DNA from: Candidatus Saccharimonadota bacterium
GTDB taxonomy: Bacteria; Patescibacteriota; Saccharimonadia; QS-5-54-17
Reading direction: 5' to 3'
Length of the DNA stretch: 64,000 nt
Assembly: GCA_050486185.1 (NCBI GenBank)
Contig: JBJHCT010000001.1
Location: 178,866-242,865, forward strand
In this document: positions 44,762 through 55,511 of the stretch, in pieces
Position numbering within the stretch: position 1 is the stretch's first letter
How the letters are laid out: each line of letters opens with the position of its first letter
Position numbers and translations under genes: made by a program
Notes under the pieces: generated by a model
The model's input: the letters and a program-made list of their open reading frames with translations, nothing else
Databases searched by the model: none
Told to the model about the DNA's origin: nothing

Positions 44762-45255
44762 TATTTAACCTCTCCTGATACATCAACATCATCGATTATC
44801 TTATCCAAAGCCTTCATAGTGGCATAGCTGCAGTTAATCTTATTAGATGATCCTAAAGACTTAGATAGAATATCGGATACTCCAGCTGCTAGTAGCACTT
44901 CTCTAACTGCACCGCCAGCAATTACACCAGTACCAGGTCCGGCCGGTTTTAGTAATACCTTAGCTCCTGAGTGTTTAGCCTGAACTTCATGGGGAATAGT
45001 ACCATCATTGAGTGCGATTTTTCTCATATCTTTCTGAGCTCTATCGGTAGCTTTAGAGACAGCGGTACTAACATCAGCACCCTTAGATATTCCAACACCT
45101 ACGCTACCCTCTCCATCACCCACTACTACTAGGGCACGAAAACGGAAACGGCGGCCACCCTTAACTACTCGAGTTACTCTATCTATGCTGATAACTCGCT
45201 CGTCAAGACCTGAGCTTTGTTCTTCTAGTCTGTTATTTCTTTCTCGATTATCCAT
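44761..45255 (-). CDS. rpsE: 30S ribosomal protein S5
   Basis: RVTRVVKGGRRFRFRALVVVGD. Confidence 0.95.
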   Translation of the reverse strand: MDNRERNNRLEEQSSGLDERVISIDRVTRVVKGGRRFRFRALVVVGDGEGSVGVGISKGADVSTAVSKATDRAQKDMRKIALNDGTIPHEVQAKHSGAKVLLKPAGPGTGVIAGGAVREVLLAAGVSDILSKSLGSSNKINCSYATMKALDKIIDDVDVSGEVK

Positions 45256-45569
45256 TAAAACTCCAATCCTCCCTCTCTAGCGGCTGTTGCTAGAGCTTTG
45301 ACTCTACCGTGATATAGCTTACTGCCTCTATCAAAAACTACTTGTTTGATTTTAGCTTTTTGAGCCTTTTTGGCAATATCATCGCCAACATAGGTTGCCT
45401 TATCGGTCAAGCTGCCCTTAACCTTACCAGCCATTGAGCTGCTGTGAGCTAGGGTAATGCTCTTTTCATCATCGATAATTTGAGCGGTAACATTACGGTT
45501 ACTAACACTAACGCTTAAGCGTGGTTTTTGAGAAGTGCCATATACTGCTCTTTGTCTTAATCTGCTCAT
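45255..45569 (-). CDS. rplR: 50S ribosomal protein L18
   Basis: PRLSVSVSNRNVTAQIIDD...VFDRGSKLYHGRVKALA. Confidence 0.95.
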   Translation of the reverse strand: MSRLRQRAVYGTSQKPRLSVSVSNRNVTAQIIDDEKSITLAHSSSMAGKVKGSLTDKATYVGDDIAKKAQKAKIKQVVFDRGSKLYHGRVKALATAAREGGLEF

Positions 45570-46108
45570 TTTGCTACTCCTGCTGCTTTACCGGCTTTGC
45601 GGATTATATACTCGCCTTGGTAGTGAATACCTTTGCCTTTATATGGCTCAGGTGGTCTTAAGGCTCTAATATCGGCCGCAATCTGGCCAATTAACTGTTT
45701 ATTATATCCCGATATAGTAATTACGTTACCTTCCACTTGAGCTTCTACACCATCAGGCAAGATAACTTCATGTGGGTGTGAGTACCCTAAATTCAGTACC
45801 AACTTATTGCCGCTCAAAGATACCTTGAAACCAACTCCTTCAACTTCTAGGACTTTTGAAAAACCTTCACTAACACCAACTACAGCATTGCTAATTAGAG
45901 TGCGAATTAGTCCGTGTTGGGCTCTAGCTTCTGGTTCGTCGTTAGTGCGAGTAATTACTACACTTTCACCGTCTTTGGCTACCTTAACTTGATCTAGAAT
46001 ATCAACATGTAGTTCACCTTTAGGGCCCTTAACGTTAACTTTATCCTTATCGATATCAACGCTAACTCCGCTAGGTATTGTAATTGGCATGATTCCGACT
46101 CTACTCAT
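45566..46108 (-). CDS. rplF: 50S ribosomal protein L6
   Basis: MSRVGIMPITIPSGV...PEPYKGKGI. Confidence 0.95.
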   Translation of the reverse strand: MSRVGIMPITIPSGVSVDIDKDKVNVKGPKGELHVDILDQVKVAKDGESVVITRTNDEPEARAQHGLIRTLISNAVVGVSEGFSKVLEVEGVGFKVSLSGNKLVLNLGYSHPHEVILPDGVEAQVEGNVITISGYNKQLIGQIAADIRALRPPEPYKGKGIHYQGEYIIRKAGKAAGVAK

Positions 46109-46130
46109 AAGATTATCCTTTAGCCTTTCC

Positions 46131-46520
46131 TTAAAATACCTTACATATCAGCTCACCGCCGATACTTTGTTTTTTAGCTTCTCGGCCGTCCATAATGCCT
46201 TTGGAGGTAGATAGGATGACCACACCCCTACCGCCTAACACCTTAGGTATCTCATCTTTAGATGCATAAACTCGACGGCCTGGCTTAGAGATACGGTGCA
46301 ATTCATTGATCGATTTAGTAGCTGAAGATAGATCTATCTCGATAATCTTGGTAGCTGGAGAGTCTCCAGAAACACTGACATTACCTAAGAATCCCTGCTT
46401 TTTAAGTACTTCTGCTATAGCGTGCTTCATTTTGGAATACGGCACCTCTACTCGGTCTTTGTTGACCGCTAAAGCGTTTCTAATTCTGGTTAACATATCT
46501 GCTATTGTATCCAACGTCAT
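46131..46520 (-). CDS. rpsH: 30S ribosomal protein S8
   Basis: DTIADMLTRIRNA...GGELICKVF. Confidence 0.95.
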   Translation of the reverse strand: MTLDTIADMLTRIRNALAVNKDRVEVPYSKMKHAIAEVLKKQGFLGNVSVSGDSPATKIIEIDLSSATKSINELHRISKPGRRVYASKDEIPKVLGGRGVVILSTSKGIMDGREAKKQSIGGELICKVF

Positions 46521-46535
46521 AATCTCCTTTTAATA

Positions 46536-46721
46536 CTACCAACTGGCCTTAGTTATGCCTGGTATTTTACCTTCACTAGCTAATTCCCTAAAACATATAC
46601 GACAAAGCCCAAACTGTCTCATGTAAGCTCTAGGTCGACCACACCTATTACAGCGATTGATTTTCCTAGAACTAAACTTAGGCTTTCTAGCTGCTTTTTC
46701 TACTAATGCTTTTCTAGCCAT
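46536..46721 (-). CDS. rpsN: 30S ribosomal protein S14, zinc-binding type Z
   Basis: 61 aa with [23 protein letters not shown]. Confidence 0.95.
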   Translation of the reverse strand: MARKALVEKAARKPKFSSRKINRCNRCGRPRAYMRQFGLCRICFRELASEGKIPGITKASW

Positions 46722-47265
46722 TGTCGCTCCTCTCGAATGGAAAACCCAAAGCTTCTAACAGAGCTTTTGAATGCTCCGAGCTCTTAGAGTCCATAATTAC
46801 GTTAATCTGCAAACCATGAGTAATGTTTAAATCCTCATAGCTTAGCTCTGGAAATATATTCTGATCCTTAATACCTAGTGAGTAGTTGCCACTACCATCA
46901 AAAGCTGTTGGTGATATACCTCTAAAGTCACGCATACGTGGTAATACAACACTAATTAGTCTATCTAGGAACTCATACATTCTCTTGCCCCTTAGAGTTA
47001 CCTTGACACCTATATCGGCACCTTCGCGCAACTTAAAGCCGGCAATGCTCTTCCTAGCTTTGGTAGTTACCGGTTTTTGTCCGGTAATTTTAGTCAAGGT
47101 AGTCTTAGCGGTCTCAAGCGCTCTTGAATCGTTAAGACTGCGTCCAGCACCTACATTAATGACCACTTTTTCTATGCGTGGTACTTCATGTAGGTTGTTA
47201 AGTCCCAATTTACTCTTGAGATCCTTAGCTACTTTCTGCTGGTATTGATCTTGTAATCTGCTCAT
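46714..47265 (-). CDS. rplE: 50S ribosomal protein L5
   Basis: Operon position and KVVINVGAG...[19 protein letters not shown]. Confidence 0.95.
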   Translation of the reverse strand: MSRLQDQYQQKVAKDLKSKLGLNNLHEVPRIEKVVINVGAGRSLNDSRALETAKTTLTKITGQKPVTTKARKSIAGFKLREGADIGVKVTLRGKRMYEFLDRLISVVLPRMRDFRGISPTAFDGSGNYSLGIKDQNIFPELSYEDLNITHGLQINVIMDSKSSEHSKALLEALGFPFERSDNG

Positions 47266-47576
47266 TTGACCTCTTTATTATTTGCCTGTCTATAAACGCG
47301 CTTCTTAGTCTCACCCTTGACTTCATAGCCGACTCGGCTAGCTCTTTTATCTTCATCAGGATGAACCAGACCGACATTGCTCACATCTATTGGAGCTGAC
47401 ATCTCAAATATCCCCCCTTTAGGGTTTTTCTGAGTAGGCCTAGCGGCACGTTTAACTATATTTATACCATCTACGACCACCTTATTCAAGGATGGAATCA
47501 CTTTAGACACGGTACCGACTTTACCCTTGTCCTTACCGGCTCTAACAATTACGTTATCTCCCATGCGGATTTTCAT
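47262..47576 (-). CDS. rplX: 50S ribosomal protein L24
   Basis: KOW motif GDNVIVRAGKDKGKVGTV. Confidence 0.95.
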   Translation of the reverse strand: MKIRMGDNVIVRAGKDKGKVGTVSKVIPSLNKVVVDGINIVKRAARPTQKNPKGGIFEMSAPIDVSNVGLVHPDEDKRASRVGYEVKGETKKRVYRQANNKEVK

Positions 47577-47578
47577 AA

Positions 47579-47947
47579 CTACAGTACCTCCGGTGCTAGT
47601 GAGATAATTTTGGTAAACTTCTTATCCCTTAATTCTCTAGCTACTGGTCCAAAGACACGTGTGCCTCTTGGGTTGTCATTAGCATCGACTATCACAGCTG
47701 CATTTTCATCGAAACGAATAGTAGAGCCATCTTTACGGTTTTTGATGTGATTAGATCTAACTAGAACAGCTCTAACTATCTCTTTCTTCTTAACTCCTGC
47801 GCCTGGTGTAGCTGATTTAACACTGGCTACAAAGATATCACCAATCTTAGCGTAGCGTTTACCACTACCGCCTAAAACGCGAATACACTGTATCTCTTTA
47901 GCACCGCTGTTATCGGCCACTTTTAGTCGGGATTCCTGCTGTATCAT
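47579..47947 (-). CDS. rplN: 50S ribosomal protein L14
   Basis: [27 protein letters not shown]. Confidence 0.95.
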   Translation of the reverse strand: MIQQESRLKVADNSGAKEIQCIRVLGGSGKRYAKIGDIFVASVKSATPGAGVKKKEIVRAVLVRSNHIKNRKDGSTIRFDENAAVIVDANDNPRGTRVFGPVARELRDKKFTKIISLAPEVL

Positions 47948-48217
47948 CTACTTAGATCCTTTCTCGATGACTTTGATGACTTCCCAGCGCTTACGCTTAC
48001 TGGTCGGTCTAGTCTCGGCAATCTCTACTCTATCGCCAACCTGGTATTGGTTGTCTTCATCGTGAGCTAGAAACTTCTTGGTAATCTTGTATCTTTTGCG
48101 GTACAACGGGTGAGTCTTGAGCCTAGCTACAGCTACAGCTACAGTCTTGTCCATCTTATTAGACACTACATCACCCACTAAAGTTCTGGTTGGTTTTACA
48201 TTTTCAGCTTTACTCAT
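47948..48217 (-). CDS. rpsQ: 30S ribosomal protein S17
   Basis: [30 protein letters not shown]. Confidence 0.95.
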   Translation of the reverse strand: MSKAENVKPTRTLVGDVVSNKMDKTVAVAVARLKTHPLYRKRYKITKKFLAHDEDNQYQVGDRVEIAETRPTSKRKRWEVIKVIEKGSK

Positions 48218-48407
48218 CTGTAAGCTCCTTTTCTCTAATCAAAGTCTTAATACGGGCAATATCTTTCCTAAGCTTCCTGCCTTGAGAGTTATCGCTAACT
48301 TTCTGGCTACTAATATCAGTTTGAAACTCTAGCCACTCACTAGTAGTTTTATCTAGCAGTTTCTGTAGCTCTTTGGCTGATTGTTTACGCAATTCTGTAA
48401 TCTTCAT
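48210..48407 (-). CDS. rpmC: 50S ribosomal protein L29
   Basis: 65 aa in the operon position between rplP and rps[18 protein letters not shown]. Confidence 0.9.
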   Translation of the reverse strand: MKITELRKQSAKELQKLLDKTTSEWLEFQTDISSQKVSDNSQGRKLRKDIARIKTLIREKELTDE

Positions 48408-48832
48408 TATTCCGTCTCTCCTGCTGTGTGCCTGATGATGAACTTAGTTTTAACCGGTAGTTTATGGGCAGCTAGCCTCATAGCTTCTCTAGCTATTTCC
48501 TCACTTACACCAGACATTTCAAAAAGCATAGCACCGGGTCTAACTTTAGCCACGAAAAACTCTGGGGCACCTTTACCACTACCCATAGGGGTTTCATTAG
48601 GTTTCCTAGTTACCGGTGTATCTGGGAAGATGCGAATCCAGATTTTACCACCTCTTTTAACGTATCTAGTCATAGCTCGACGTGATGCCTCTATCTGTCT
48701 AGAGGTGATTCTAGCTGTTCCGTGTGACTGTAGCCCATAGCTACCAAAAGATACTTCATTAGCACGGTGAGCTAGGCCTTTAACACGGCCCTTCATCACT
48801 TTGCGGTATTTAGTTTTATTCGGTAGTAACAT
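48407..48832 (-). CDS. rplP: 50S ribosomal protein L16
   Basis: [16 protein letters not shown]...IWIRIFPD. Confidence 0.95.
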   Translation of the reverse strand: MLLPNKTKYRKVMKGRVKGLAHRANEVSFGSYGLQSHGTARITSRQIEASRRAMTRYVKRGGKIWIRIFPDTPVTRKPNETPMGSGKGAPEFFVAKVRPGAMLFEMSGVSEEIAREAMRLAAHKLPVKTKFIIRHTAGETE

Positions 48833-48834
48833 AA

Positions 48835-49461
48835 CTACTCCTCCCCCTTGTATATCCAGACCTTAACACCTATAACGCCGTATGTGGTGGTAGCCTTAAC
48901 GCTAGCGTAGTCGATATCAGCTCTGAGTGTGTGTAGCGGTATAGAACCAACCGCTTCTTTTTCAACTCTAGCCATCTCAGCGCCATTTAACCGGCCTGAA
49001 ACCATAATCTTAATACCTTTAGCACCAGATCTCATGGTAGCATCTGCACTAGATTTGATAGCTCGCCTGAAAGATATTCTGCGTTCTAACTGAGAAGCGA
49101 TATTATCGGCTACTAACTTAGCGTATAGCTCAGGCTTTTTGATCTCTTCGATATTGAGCGTAATAGGTCCTTCAACTAGTTGTGATAGTTTATTCTTCAA
49201 CATCTCTACGCTCTCACCACCACGGCCGATAACTACTCCAGGTCTAGCTGTATAGATGTTAACTATTAGTGAATTAACCGATCTTTCGATCTCTATTTTG
49301 TTGATAGCGGCTCTACGGTCAAGCTGCTTTTCGATTAGTTCACGAATCTTGATGTCTTGATTTAAGGTTTTAGCATAGTCACGCTTAGGAGCAAACCACT
49401 TGGACTGCCAATTCTTATTGACCTGCAACCTCATGCTAGTTGGGTTAACTTTGTGACTCAT
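48835..49461 (-). CDS. rpsC: 30S ribosomal protein S3
   Basis: [11 protein letters not shown] and KH domain GVVIGRGG. Confidence 0.95.
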   Translation of the reverse strand: MSHKVNPTSMRLQVNKNWQSKWFAPKRDYAKTLNQDIKIRELIEKQLDRRAAINKIEIERSVNSLIVNIYTARPGVVIGRGGESVEMLKNKLSQLVEGPITLNIEEIKKPELYAKLVADNIASQLERRISFRRAIKSSADATMRSGAKGIKIMVSGRLNGAEMARVEKEAVGSIPLHTLRADIDYASVKATTTYGVIGVKVWIYKGEE

Positions 49462-49796
49462 TATTTAGCCTCTTTCTTTTCTAATTGCACGACTACATTA
49501 CTTAGTCTGTGCCTCTGTGGTTTAACGGTACTCTTACCACCTATTTTGAATCTTTTAATCATACCGGCAGTATTAACATTGATATCGGCAATCTTGAGCT
49601 CATTAATATCGAGCTTGTCGTTATGTTCAGCATTAGCAGCGGCACTTTTGATGATCTCAGATAGATGTTTAGCAGCGCTTCTGGGGGTATTCTCTAAGAT
49701 TACTAGAGCATCAGCTACATCACGCTTTCTAACTAAAGCGGCTACTACACCTAATTTACGTTGGGAAGTCTTCACTCCCTTAGCTATAGCCTTCAT
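49461..49796 (-). CDS. rplV: 50S ribosomal protein L22
   Basis: Operon position and [21 protein letters not shown]. Confidence 0.95.
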   Translation of the reverse strand: MKAIAKGVKTSQRKLGVVAALVRKRDVADALVILENTPRSAAKHLSEIIKSAAANAEHNDKLDINELKIADINVNTAGMIKRFKIGGKSTVKPQRHRLSNVVVQLEKKEAK

Positions 49797-50071
49797 TCTG
49801 AATCTCCTTTAGCTAGTTTTCCACCGTGTCTAATAAATTTCCTAGTGGGAGCAAACTCGCCTAGCTTATGGCCAACCATATTTTCACTAACAAAGACAGG
49901 CACATGAACTCTGCCGTTATGTACAGCAATCGTCTTACCTACCATCTCAGGAGTGATAGTTGAGCCTCTAGCCCAAGTTTTGATAATGGTCCTATCATTG
50001 GTACCTAAAGACTCCACCTTCTTTTGAAGGCGTTCATCAATGTATGGTCCTTTTTTAAGTGATCTTCCCAC
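49793..50071 (-). CDS. rpsS: 30S ribosomal protein S19
   Basis: [11 protein letters not shown]...[11 protein letters not shown]...[11 protein letters not shown]. Confidence 0.95.
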   Translation of the reverse strand: MGRSLKKGPYIDERLQKKVESLGTNDRTIIKTWARGSTITPEMVGKTIAVHNGRVHVPVFVSENMVGHKLGEFAPTRKFIRHGGKLAKGDSE

Positions 50072-50072
50072 T

Positions 50073-50903
50073 TTATCTCCTACTCTTATTTCTTGATCTA
50101 ACTATTAGCTCTTGGCCGCGCTTACGTCTACGGGTCTTCTTACCTATAGCAATCTTACCTGTAGGTGTACGTGGCAAGCGTCCAGGTCCAGATAGACCCT
50201 CTCCACCACCCATAGGGTGATCGACTGGGTTCATAGCCTTACCGCGAACACTTGGTCTCTTACCTTTACGACGATTGCGACCAGCACTGCCAATAGTGAT
50301 ATTTTGGTGCTGTTCGTTACCAACGCTGCCTAGTGTAGCGTAACAGTTCTGATGTATCAAGCGAACCTCACCACTAGGTAGTCTGACGAAAGCGTATTCG
50401 CCCTCTTTAGAGGTTAGCTGGGCTCTAGCACCAGCACTACGGACTAGCTGTCCACCTTTGCCGATATGCATCTCGATATTGTAGATACTACTACCTAGAG
50501 GAATACTAGCTAGAGGTAACCTATTACCAGGCTTAATAGCTGCTTCACTGCCTGCCTCAATCTTGTCTCCGACACTCATCTTGGCACCGGCTAGAATGTA
50601 GGCATACTGTTCATCTTCAGTTTTAATCAAAGCGATTCTAGCAGTTCTGTTAGGGTCATACTCGATAGATTCAACTACTCCTTTGATGCCATCTTGGAGC
50701 CTAAAGTCTACTTGGCGATATTTACGCTTAGAGCCGCCACCACGATGTCGGGTAGTAATCTTGCCGTCGTTACCGCGACCAGATATCCTTTGCTTAGGTG
50801 CAGTTAAGGATTTCTTGGGTTTCTTAGCCGTGATTGAGGAGGTGTCTTGAGATGTCATATCCCTTCTACCTGGTGTAGTTGGTTTGTATTTTTCAACTGC
50901 CAT
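50073..50903 (-). CDS. rplB: 50S ribosomal protein L2
   Basis: [12 protein letters not shown] and [18 protein letters not shown]. Confidence 0.95.
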   Translation of the reverse strand: MAVEKYKPTTPGRRDMTSQDTSSITAKKPKKSLTAPKQRISGRGNDGKITTRHRGGGSKRKYRQVDFRLQDGIKGVVESIEYDPNRTARIALIKTEDEQYAYILAGAKMSVGDKIEAGSEAAIKPGNRLPLASIPLGSSIYNIEMHIGKGGQLVRSAGARAQLTSKEGEYAFVRLPSGEVRLIHQNCYATLGSVGNEQHQNITIGSAGRNRRKGKRPSVRGKAMNPVDHPMGGGEGLSGPGRLPRTPTGKIAIGKKTRRRKRGQELIVRSRNKSRR

Positions 50904-51196
50904 TACTCACTCCCCTCAAATAGCTTAATACTGTCGCCATCTTTAACTCGCACGTAGGCTTGTTTTAGATCGCTTCTTTCACCGGTAATAAATCTGCGAC
51001 CTCTACGAACGTAGGTACGCTTGGTTTTGCCTTTATTAATCTTGGTACGCACAGATTCAACCCCTACTTCGTATCTATCAGACACTGCCTTAGCGATCGA
51101 TATCTTATCGGCGCTTTTTGGTACATAGAAAACGTAAGTATTCTCTTCATCTGCGAGAACAATAGCTTTTTCAGAAATGGCAGGTTTTAATAACAT
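50903..51196 (-). CDS. rplW: 50S ribosomal protein L23
   Basis: Operon position and YVFYVPKSADKISIAKAV. Confidence 0.9.
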   Translation of the reverse strand: MLLKPAISEKAIVLADEENTYVFYVPKSADKISIAKAVSDRYEVGVESVRTKINKGKTKRTYVRRGRRFITGERSDLKQAYVRVKDGDSIKLFEGSE

Positions 51197-51197
51197 C

Positions 51198-51833
51198 TTA
51201 TTCTCCTAGCCTTTCGCTGATTAGCTTTAGGGCCGGCTTAGTAATAAGTAGATTATCACTGTCGATAACTTGCTTGGTATTTAGGCTACTAGCCAGTACT
51301 ACTTGAACTGATGATATATTGTTAGCCGCACGTTTTAGGTCTTCGCTGACTTCATCAACCACTAATAGAACGTTTCTGTTGAGTTTTAGCTTATCTAGTA
51401 TAATCTTTAAACTTTTAGTCTTGCCGTCTTTGGCTTCAAGAGCCTCGATGATAGCTATATTGCCGCTACTAGCCTTGAGACTTAAAGCTTGTCTTATAGC
51501 TAATCTACCAGCTGTCTTATTCAGCTTTTTACTGTAGTTGCGCTCTTTGAGTGGGCCGAAAGTAATTCCACCACCGCGCCAGATAGGGCTACGGATCGAT
51601 CCAGCTCTAGCTCGACCGGTACCCTTTTGTCTCCATGGCTTTTTACCACCACCGCGGACATTGCTTCTAGTTTTAGTGTGGGCACTAGATTTGCGTCCGT
51701 TGCTCATATGAGTCTCATATGCTTGTTTGAGTAAGTGATGGTTTGCAACGTCTTCGCCAAACACTACCTTTGATAGGGTAGTAGCTTTGGTGGCCTTAGC
51801 CCCAGTCTTGGTGTAAGTTGCTGCAGTCGCCAT
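51198..51833 (-). CDS. rplD: 50S ribosomal protein L4
   Basis: GGGKKPWRQKGTGRARAGSIRSPIWRGGG. Confidence 0.95.
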   Translation of the reverse strand: MATAATYTKTGAKATKATTLSKVVFGEDVANHHLLKQAYETHMSNGRKSSAHTKTRSNVRGGGKKPWRQKGTGRARAGSIRSPIWRGGGITFGPLKERNYSKKLNKTAGRLAIRQALSLKASSGNIAIIEALEAKDGKTKSLKIILDKLKLNRNVLLVVDEVSEDLKRAANNISSVQVVLASSLNTKQVIDSDNLLITKPALKLISERLGE

Positions 51834-52444
51834 TACTCTTTATCCCCTTTAGATTCAATTACCACAATGCCGCCTTTATTACCTGGAACTGCACCGCTAA
51901 TAGCTAGGATGTTATCAGTCGTATCAACAGCCTCGATTTTCAGTCCCTTAGTAGTAACTTTTTCATCACCCATACGACCAGGCATCTTCCTACCCTTATA
52001 GACCTTTTGTGGGTACATAGAACCAATACTTCCAAGTTTGCGTTTGCTTTGAGAACCATGGCTCATAGGGCCTCTACTGAAGTTATGTCGCTTGATAGTG
52101 CCGGCAAAACCTTTACCTTTACTAATACCACTAACTGTAACCTCGTCACCAACTTCAAAGTTAGAGACATCTACTTTGTCGCCAACTTTAGCATCAGAAC
52201 TTAACTTAAACTCACGCAAGTACCGATGGTTAGACTTGCTAGACTTTAAGTGTCCTGCCTGGGGCTTGCTTTGGTGCTTTGCCTCTCCATAACCTAGTTG
52301 CACAGCCTCATAACCATCTTTGTCTGAGTTTTTTAGGGCTGTAATAGTGCACGGGCCAGCCTCTACCAAAGTAACCGCCTTGGCGCTAGAGTCATCTGTA
52401 AAAATTTGTGTCATGCCGAGCTTACGCCCGATGATAGCTTTCAT
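51833..52444 (-). CDS. rplC: 50S ribosomal protein L3
   Basis: MKAIIGRKLGMTQIF...GKGFAGTIKRHNF. Confidence 0.95.
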   Translation of the reverse strand: MKAIIGRKLGMTQIFTDDSSAKAVTLVEAGPCTITALKNSDKDGYEAVQLGYGEAKHQSKPQAGHLKSSKSNHRYLREFKLSSDAKVGDKVDVSNFEVGDEVTVSGISKGKGFAGTIKRHNFSRGPMSHGSQSKRKLGSIGSMYPQKVYKGRKMPGRMGDEKVTTKGLKIEAVDTTDNILAISGAVPGNKGGIVVIESKGDKE

Positions 52445-52559
52445 CTTAGTTATTCCTTATCTAAACATAAAAATACTGCTACGAATTATACCTTTACTTT
52501 CAGGTATCTTCTAGCAGTCTCCGCCTAAAATATAGCGAATCTGTGTTTATATCCTAGGA

Positions 52560-52589
52560 ATTGTAACAGTATATTTCCCCAGGTGTCAA
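52560..52589 (-). promoter_or_regulatory. putative sigma70-type promoter for rplC and the downstream ribosomal operon
   Basis: Minus strand reads TTGACA (52589-52584) - 18 nt - TACAAT (52565-52560). This leaves a 5' UTR of about 115 nt before rplC. Confidence 0.4.
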
Positions 52590-52606
52590 CTGTAGTAGCG
52601 AAAAAT

Positions 52607-53656
52607 CTATTTCCACTTACCTATAGCTGCATAACCTATTATAGTTTCTGTGCCAGAAGCCCTCTGATTGACATCTATACCCCTGATCGAAATGCTAGTG
52701 GTGGATATAGCGCTGACGGTGCCCCATGAAGCACTAGTACCCCACTTAAAGACAGTGGTTAGAGGTGTTGGGGTTTCAGAAAATTGCTGGGGGAAGGTGT
52801 ACGCCCTAACACCTTGGTAGAGACTACCGTAGGCGTTGTCAATGCTTTGATCGGTCACGGTTTCGACCTTGTGAATAATCATAGTTCCATCAGACCATTT
52901 CACCCAATTACCATTACTATCAGAACCGGACTCTACAACGGGAGCACCATTAGATACTAGGCCCCCTGCAACTACAGTACCGCTAAACTCTACTTCGCTA
53001 GTGCTGTGATCAACCGCTATAACATCTTCATCTTTTTGATAGTTCCATAACCTAATATCACTACTGGGCTGATCAAGATACCATAGCCATTTGCTCTCTG
53101 ATGAATCAGCTAGAGCAAAGCCGTGATAACTTGATGATCTGACCCGAATGTGCCCGCCCAAAACATCGAATATAGTGTTGGAGCTATTTGTACCTGGATT
53201 AACATTATTAACCCCTATCCTGCCCCCAGAATCTATATACAATCTGGCTTGAGAGTCTACGCCATCCCATATATATAAATCTCTAGTATTGTTACCGTTG
53301 TAGTCGGTGCCTATATTAAACCGGCCGGCACCTTGTTGTCTGAATTTAATTTCGCTATCCATACGAGTAGCAGAGTCTTTATCTATAGTGATGCCGCCCC
53401 AGTTATCGTTATGACGAACATGCAGCTTTGTTCCCGGAGTATCTGCGCCTATACCTACCCTACCATCTAATCTATAGATATCGTTCCCGCTAACTACCCA
53501 TGAAGACAGAGAAGAAGGCGTTATCCAGGCAGTATCATAATCATTAATAGAATCCTTGGCTAAAACATCACCACTAGCACCGCCAGCCGGAATGCCTTTC
53601 CCACCACCACCTCCTAGCGGCACCAACTCGCCATTTTGTTTTATCCAACGTGTCAT
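52607..53656 (-). CDS. tail-fibre-like protein T3 (gp53-like C-terminal receptor-binding-type domain)
   Basis: GRVGIGADTPGTKLHV fibre motif. C-terminal GSDSNGNWVKWSDGTMIIH...YTFPQQFSETP pattern, as I recall for fibre tip domains. Confidence 0.7.
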   Translation of the reverse strand: MTRWIKQNGELVPLGGGGGKGIPAGGASGDVLAKDSINDYDTAWITPSSLSSWVVSGNDIYRLDGRVGIGADTPGTKLHVRHNDNWGGITIDKDSATRMDSEIKFRQQGAGRFNIGTDYNGNNTRDLYIWDGVDSQARLYIDSGGRIGVNNVNPGTNSSNTIFDVLGGHIRVRSSSYHGFALADSSESKWLWYLDQPSSDIRLWNYQKDEDVIAVDHSTSEVEFSGTVVAGGLVSNGAPVVESGSDSNGNWVKWSDGTMIIHKVETVTDQSIDNAYGSLYQGVRAYTFPQQFSETPTPLTTVFKWGTSASWGTVSAISTTSISIRGIDVNQRASGTETIIGYAAIGKWK

Positions 53657-53746
53657 TTTGTTGATTATTATACTCTCTTAGTAATACCTATAGATTAGCA
53701 CAAGCATATATCAGTCTCAAAAAAACACACAAACATTTAGCTAATG

Positions 53747-54526
53747 CTAAGTAGGCACTGCATCTACTCTATAATAGAGCCCCGTCTTCTCACTGTCACT
53801 ATCATTTAGGGTACCGGCCTGTCCTGTTAAGTTAAAATTAAAACTGTGAGTGCCGGAATTGAGAACTACCATGCCAATCCCAGCGGTTGTGCGCACGTGA
53901 CTATCACCTGTATTAACAGGCATAGCTACTCTTCTTATACTATTTCCATTAACTAGGGCATCGATATAAAACCAGCTAGTGGTTGTAGCACCACTGGGCC
54001 TTGCTGAAACGTTGAAATCCACGCTCAAAACCGCATTAAAGGGTAGCTCTATTTCTATATCTGTACTAAAAAAGTTAGTACCCCTATCCCAAGTACCTTT
54101 TGCAGCCTGGTCTTGAGCTAGAGTTAGAGCAACGTTATTGGCTCTAATCCATCCATCAACATCTAGCCTAACTTGCGGGTTTTCCACTCCTATACCTACT
54201 GAGCCGCCGCCGCTAGGCATAATCTTGATATCTTCACCCGCACCAGAAACAATGTTGTGACCGTTAACGTCTAAGTCACCTCCCAGTTGTGGCGAGTCAT
54301 CCTCCACTAATTTAGATATAGTACTCATACTATTAACTGTCCCTGCAACTTCATCTATTGCAGACTTAACATCTGTAGCGAGTAATCCTGATTCAGTATT
54401 GTCGTATGAAAGACTACTTATATCAATGCTAGCTTCAGATAAATCTATGGTGCCATCTGGATGCAAGACTATATTAGAATCCATAGCATCGGGATGCTGT
54501 ATTTTTGTAGTCTTAACGGTACTCAT
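53747..54526 (-). CDS. tail-fibre-like protein T2
   Basis: DVKSAIDEV, DDSPQLGGDLDVNGHNI and GSVGIGVENPQVRLDVDG motifs, all typical of phage fibre proteins. Confidence 0.7.
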   Translation of the reverse strand: MSTVKTTKIQHPDAMDSNIVLHPDGTIDLSEASIDISSLSYDNTESGLLATDVKSAIDEVAGTVNSMSTISKLVEDDSPQLGGDLDVNGHNIVSGAGEDIKIMPSGGGSVGIGVENPQVRLDVDGWIRANNVALTLAQDQAAKGTWDRGTNFFSTDIEIELPFNAVLSVDFNVSARPSGATTTSWFYIDALVNGNSIRRVAMPVNTGDSHVRTTAGIGMVVLNSGTHSFNFNLTGQAGTLNDSDSEKTGLYYRVDAVPT

Positions 54527-54532
54527 ACTTAA

Positions 54533-55408
54533 TTAACCTTCTAGCCAAAAGCCCCTAGTATAAATATTCTCCACCCAGGGTTGCCAACCACCCGAGTAAG
54601 CCCATATATAGAACCTACCCTCGGAATCCGTCTCTACATCATACTCTATACCCCATCTATCCACACCCACCCCCTGTATAGCAGGGGCATGGGAGGTCCA
54701 AGCATTCCCCGTAGTTGGATCGCCAAATGGTTTAGTCATCCAAAGCATTCCCGAAGCGCCAAGTCTTCTGGTAACTATATATAATTTTACCGCACCTATA
54801 CGACCAATTACTCCCTGTGGCAAGTGCTGACTCATATCTATTAGCTGTGGGCTGGTCGATAGTGGATTTTGTGTAAATATACTACTGGAAGCTAAAGGTG
54901 ATGATTTATCTAATCTATAGTATGCTCCTAGAGCTTTATAGTTAGAGAACTGTTCGTATCTAATGTTGTCGCCAACCCTCACCTCTCCATCAACATGCAG
55001 ACTGGCTTGTGGGTCATCTGTACCTACACCCACCCTGTTATCTGTAGTATTTACGCTAATAGTAGGGGTTTGGCCATCTGAAACCTTGAAAGCTTCAGTG
55101 TTGTTAGTGGCAACATCAACAGGGCCACTAAAGCTAGCCCCATCTAACGGGGCCTTTTTACTATCTAACTCATCGATTGCTTCCTTAACATTGTTTGCAC
55201 TAACAGTAGAGTTGGTATTGTCATAAGTGATACTGCTATTAGTGTCGATATTAACATCAGAGATATTGACCTTGCCGTCTTGATTGAAGGTAATATTGGC
55301 ATCTACAGCTTCAGGGTGTTTAATTGATGTAGTTTTAATTTCCCCAGTTTCTACAGTATTGGTATCCACTACATCACTAATTATTCTATTGGCCTTTATA
55401 TCAGACAA
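54533..55408 (-). CDS. tail-fibre-like protein T1
   Basis: The N-terminal module is paralogous to T2 (TTSIKHPEAVDANITFNQDG...YDNTNS...NVKEAIDEL). NRVGVGTDDPQASLHVDG motif. Confidence 0.7.
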   Translation of the reverse strand: MSDIKANRIISDVVDTNTVETGEIKTTSIKHPEAVDANITFNQDGKVNISDVNIDTNSSITYDNTNSTVSANNVKEAIDELDSKKAPLDGASFSGPVDVATNNTEAFKVSDGQTPTISVNTTDNRVGVGTDDPQASLHVDGEVRVGDNIRYEQFSNYKALGAYYRLDKSSPLASSSIFTQNPLSTSPQLIDMSQHLPQGVIGRIGAVKLYIVTRRLGASGMLWMTKPFGDPTTGNAWTSHAPAIQGVGVDRWGIEYDVETDSEGRFYIWAYSGGWQPWVENIYTRGFWLEG

Positions 55409-55511
55409 AATAACACCTCTTTATACTTAATTTTAATTAGGAGTTAAAACTACTAATACATATATACTACGCAAGCTACAAACAAGGTGTCAAATCAGTC
55501 ACGCTTAGGTA

